From the IMG/VR virus record IMGVR_UViG_3300044513_002342, positions 1 to 26,655 of that record: DNA of 26,655 bases; one strand, 5' to 3'. Positions 25,422 to 26,655 of the stretch are shown here, one piece after another; the stretch's first letter is position 1; every line of letters starts with the position of its first letter. The stretch is from a virus (taxonomy: Duplodnaviria; Caudoviricetes). Under the pieces are notes generated by a model, which saw only the letters and a program-made list of their open reading frames with translations, searched no databases and had not been told where the DNA came from. The translations under genes and the position numbers were made by a program.

Positions 25422-26212
25422 TGGCACAGTGGAATAAAGACGCTCAGGCATATAGAGCACAGGACACAACAAACTTTGAGGTAGTGATGATTGCCGATGA
25501 AGACGGCAACCCCATCAACTCGTTTGGTGCTGCTTCAAACATCCCCATTGCTGGCGGACAGATTGAAGGATACAATTACGTTCATAAGTTTGGTGCTAAC
25601 ACAGACCTAGCAAACGGAACTTACGAAGCTATTTGGGATGGCGAGAGCGTTTATCCTTGGGCAACTTTAGATACTGCTGCCACAACTCTCACCACAAATG
25701 CTGATGTTCTAAACAATGGAGCAGAAGTTACCATCCAAGGTCTCAACGAAAACTGGGAACTAACGACAGAAGTTCTCACCCTCGACGGCACAGCACAAAC
25801 TACACAGAATTCTTACAAGCGTGTATTCAGGGCATTCTGTTCTGGATCACAAGCATTGGGTGCTGACTTCACATTATCAAAAGGTGCTGTTGTAGTTCTA
25901 AAAATTCAAGCTGCTCACCAGCAAACTTTGATGTCTGTTTATACTATTCCTGCTGGTAAGTCTGGATATCTATTCAACCTAAATGTATCCACTCTAAAGA
26001 ACGAAGAGATTACGGTAAGAGTTTCATTTAGACTAAATGGAAAAGTATTCAGGACACAGCACATCGCTCAAATTGCTGGTGTGAACTACGATCACACATT
26101 CACAGTTCCATTGTATATGCCAGAGAAAACTGATATCCAGTTAGAAGCATTAGCAGGAGCTTCTAACATTGCTGCTTACGCTCATTTTGATATGATCCTC
26201 GTAGATAACTAA
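25421..26212 (+). CDS. Hypothetical protein (263 aa), possibly virion-associated
   Basis: TAATG coupling to the upstream gene. Motifs MAQWNK..FEVVMIAD, VHKFGAN, IQGL..W and YTIPAGK resemble uncharacterised phage proteins. Confidence 0.7.
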   Translation: MAQWNKDAQAYRAQDTTNFEVVMIADEDGNPINSFGAASNIPIAGGQIEGYNYVHKFGANTDLANGTYEAIWDGESVYPWATLDTAATTLTTNADVLNNGAEVTIQGLNENWELTTEVLTLDGTAQTTQNSYKRVFRAFCSGSQALGADFTLSKGAVVVLKIQAAHQQTLMSVYTIPAGKSGYLFNLNVSTLKNEEITVRVSFRLNGKVFRTQHIAQIAGVNYDHTFTVPLYMPEKTDIQLEALAGASNIAAYAHFDMILVDN

Positions 26213-26223
26213 GGAGACTAAAT

Positions 26224-26505
26224 ATGAAGTCGTTTAGAGAACTGAGGCAGGAACTGAATGAATCAGCCTGGACCAGAAAAGAAGGACAGAACAAAAAGGG
26301 AGGACTCAACGAAAAAGGAAGAAAGTCTTACGAAAGAGAAAATCCAGGATCTGACCTTAAGGCACCAAGCAAAAAGGTTGGAAACCCCCGTAGGAAATCA
26401 TTCTGTGCTCGAATGAAGGGCATGAAAGCAAAGTTGACTTCTAAGAAGACATCAAGGGATCCTGACTCAAGAATTAATAAGTCGTTACGTGCGTGGAATT
26501 GCTGA
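26224..26505 (+). CDS. Small basic conserved phage protein (DUF6321-like)
   Basis: AAGGAG ribosome-binding-like sequence. MKSFxE..LxE N-terminus, then AWTRKEG..GGLN.KGR.SY...GSDLKAP..RRKSFCARM..SRINKSLRAWNC. Confidence 0.75.
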   Translation: MKSFRELRQELNESAWTRKEGQNKKGGLNEKGRKSYERENPGSDLKAPSKKVGNPRRKSFCARMKGMKAKLTSKKTSRDPDSRINKSLRAWNC

Positions 26506-26507
26506 CA

Positions 26508-26655
26508 ATGGCAAAATATGATGCTGAGTATTGGAACAAAAAATCTGAGAAACCTGTGTTTGCAGGTAATTACGATGGACCACTATATGCTCCTTGGAAA
26601 GCAGTAGTCGAAGGAAAAAAGAATTTTAAGAATAAGGACACAAATCGTAGCCAAT
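26508..26655 (+). CDS. Hypothetical protein, 3'-truncated by the window (MAKYDAEYWNKKSEKPVFAGNYDGPLYAPW...)
   Basis: ATG 2 nt after the previous stop. The frame stays open to the window end. Not in the ORF track. Confidence 0.6.
   Translation, partial: MAKYDAEYWNKKSEKPVFAGNYDGPLYAPWKAVVEGKKNFKNKDTNRSQ

Noticed and set aside
26218-26224. CTAAATA late-promoter-like motif before the 93-aa gene
   Set aside because: It overlaps the ATG and lies downstream of the AAGGAG ribosome-binding-like sequence, so it could not drive this gene.
1-26655. CRISPR arrays, tRNA/rRNA genes, introns, inteins, homing endonucleases or IS elements
   Set aside because: Coding density is nearly complete with very short intergenic gaps. 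No spaced direct repeats or splicing, nuclease or transposase motifs were recognised by eye.

Overview
This is an all-plus-strand late structural region of a T4-like marine myovirus, most likely a cyanomyovirus (inferred from gene content and order). It opens with the 3' end of a large virion structural gene, a 169-aa structural gene and a 3083-aa fibre-like gene. An ~11-kb accessory island (11.2-22.0 kb) follows, then the core module g13-g14-g15-g16 and the start of the variable region after g16. The island holds three paralogous ~254-aa glycine-rich adhesin-like genes, a putative fibre-assembly chaperone, two complete flavin-dependent (PrnA-like) halogenases, one uncharacterised 280-aa gene and six divergent Fe(II)/2-oxoglutarate oxygenases. 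The enzyme genes overlap one another and lie downstream of T4-type late-promoter motifs. The main hypothesis is that this island is a phage-encoded tailoring system that halogenates or hydroxylates its own fibre-tip adhesins; this is inference from context, not proven. No tRNA, rRNA, CRISPR array or mobile element was seen. All family calls come from motif recognition by eye, with no database searches.
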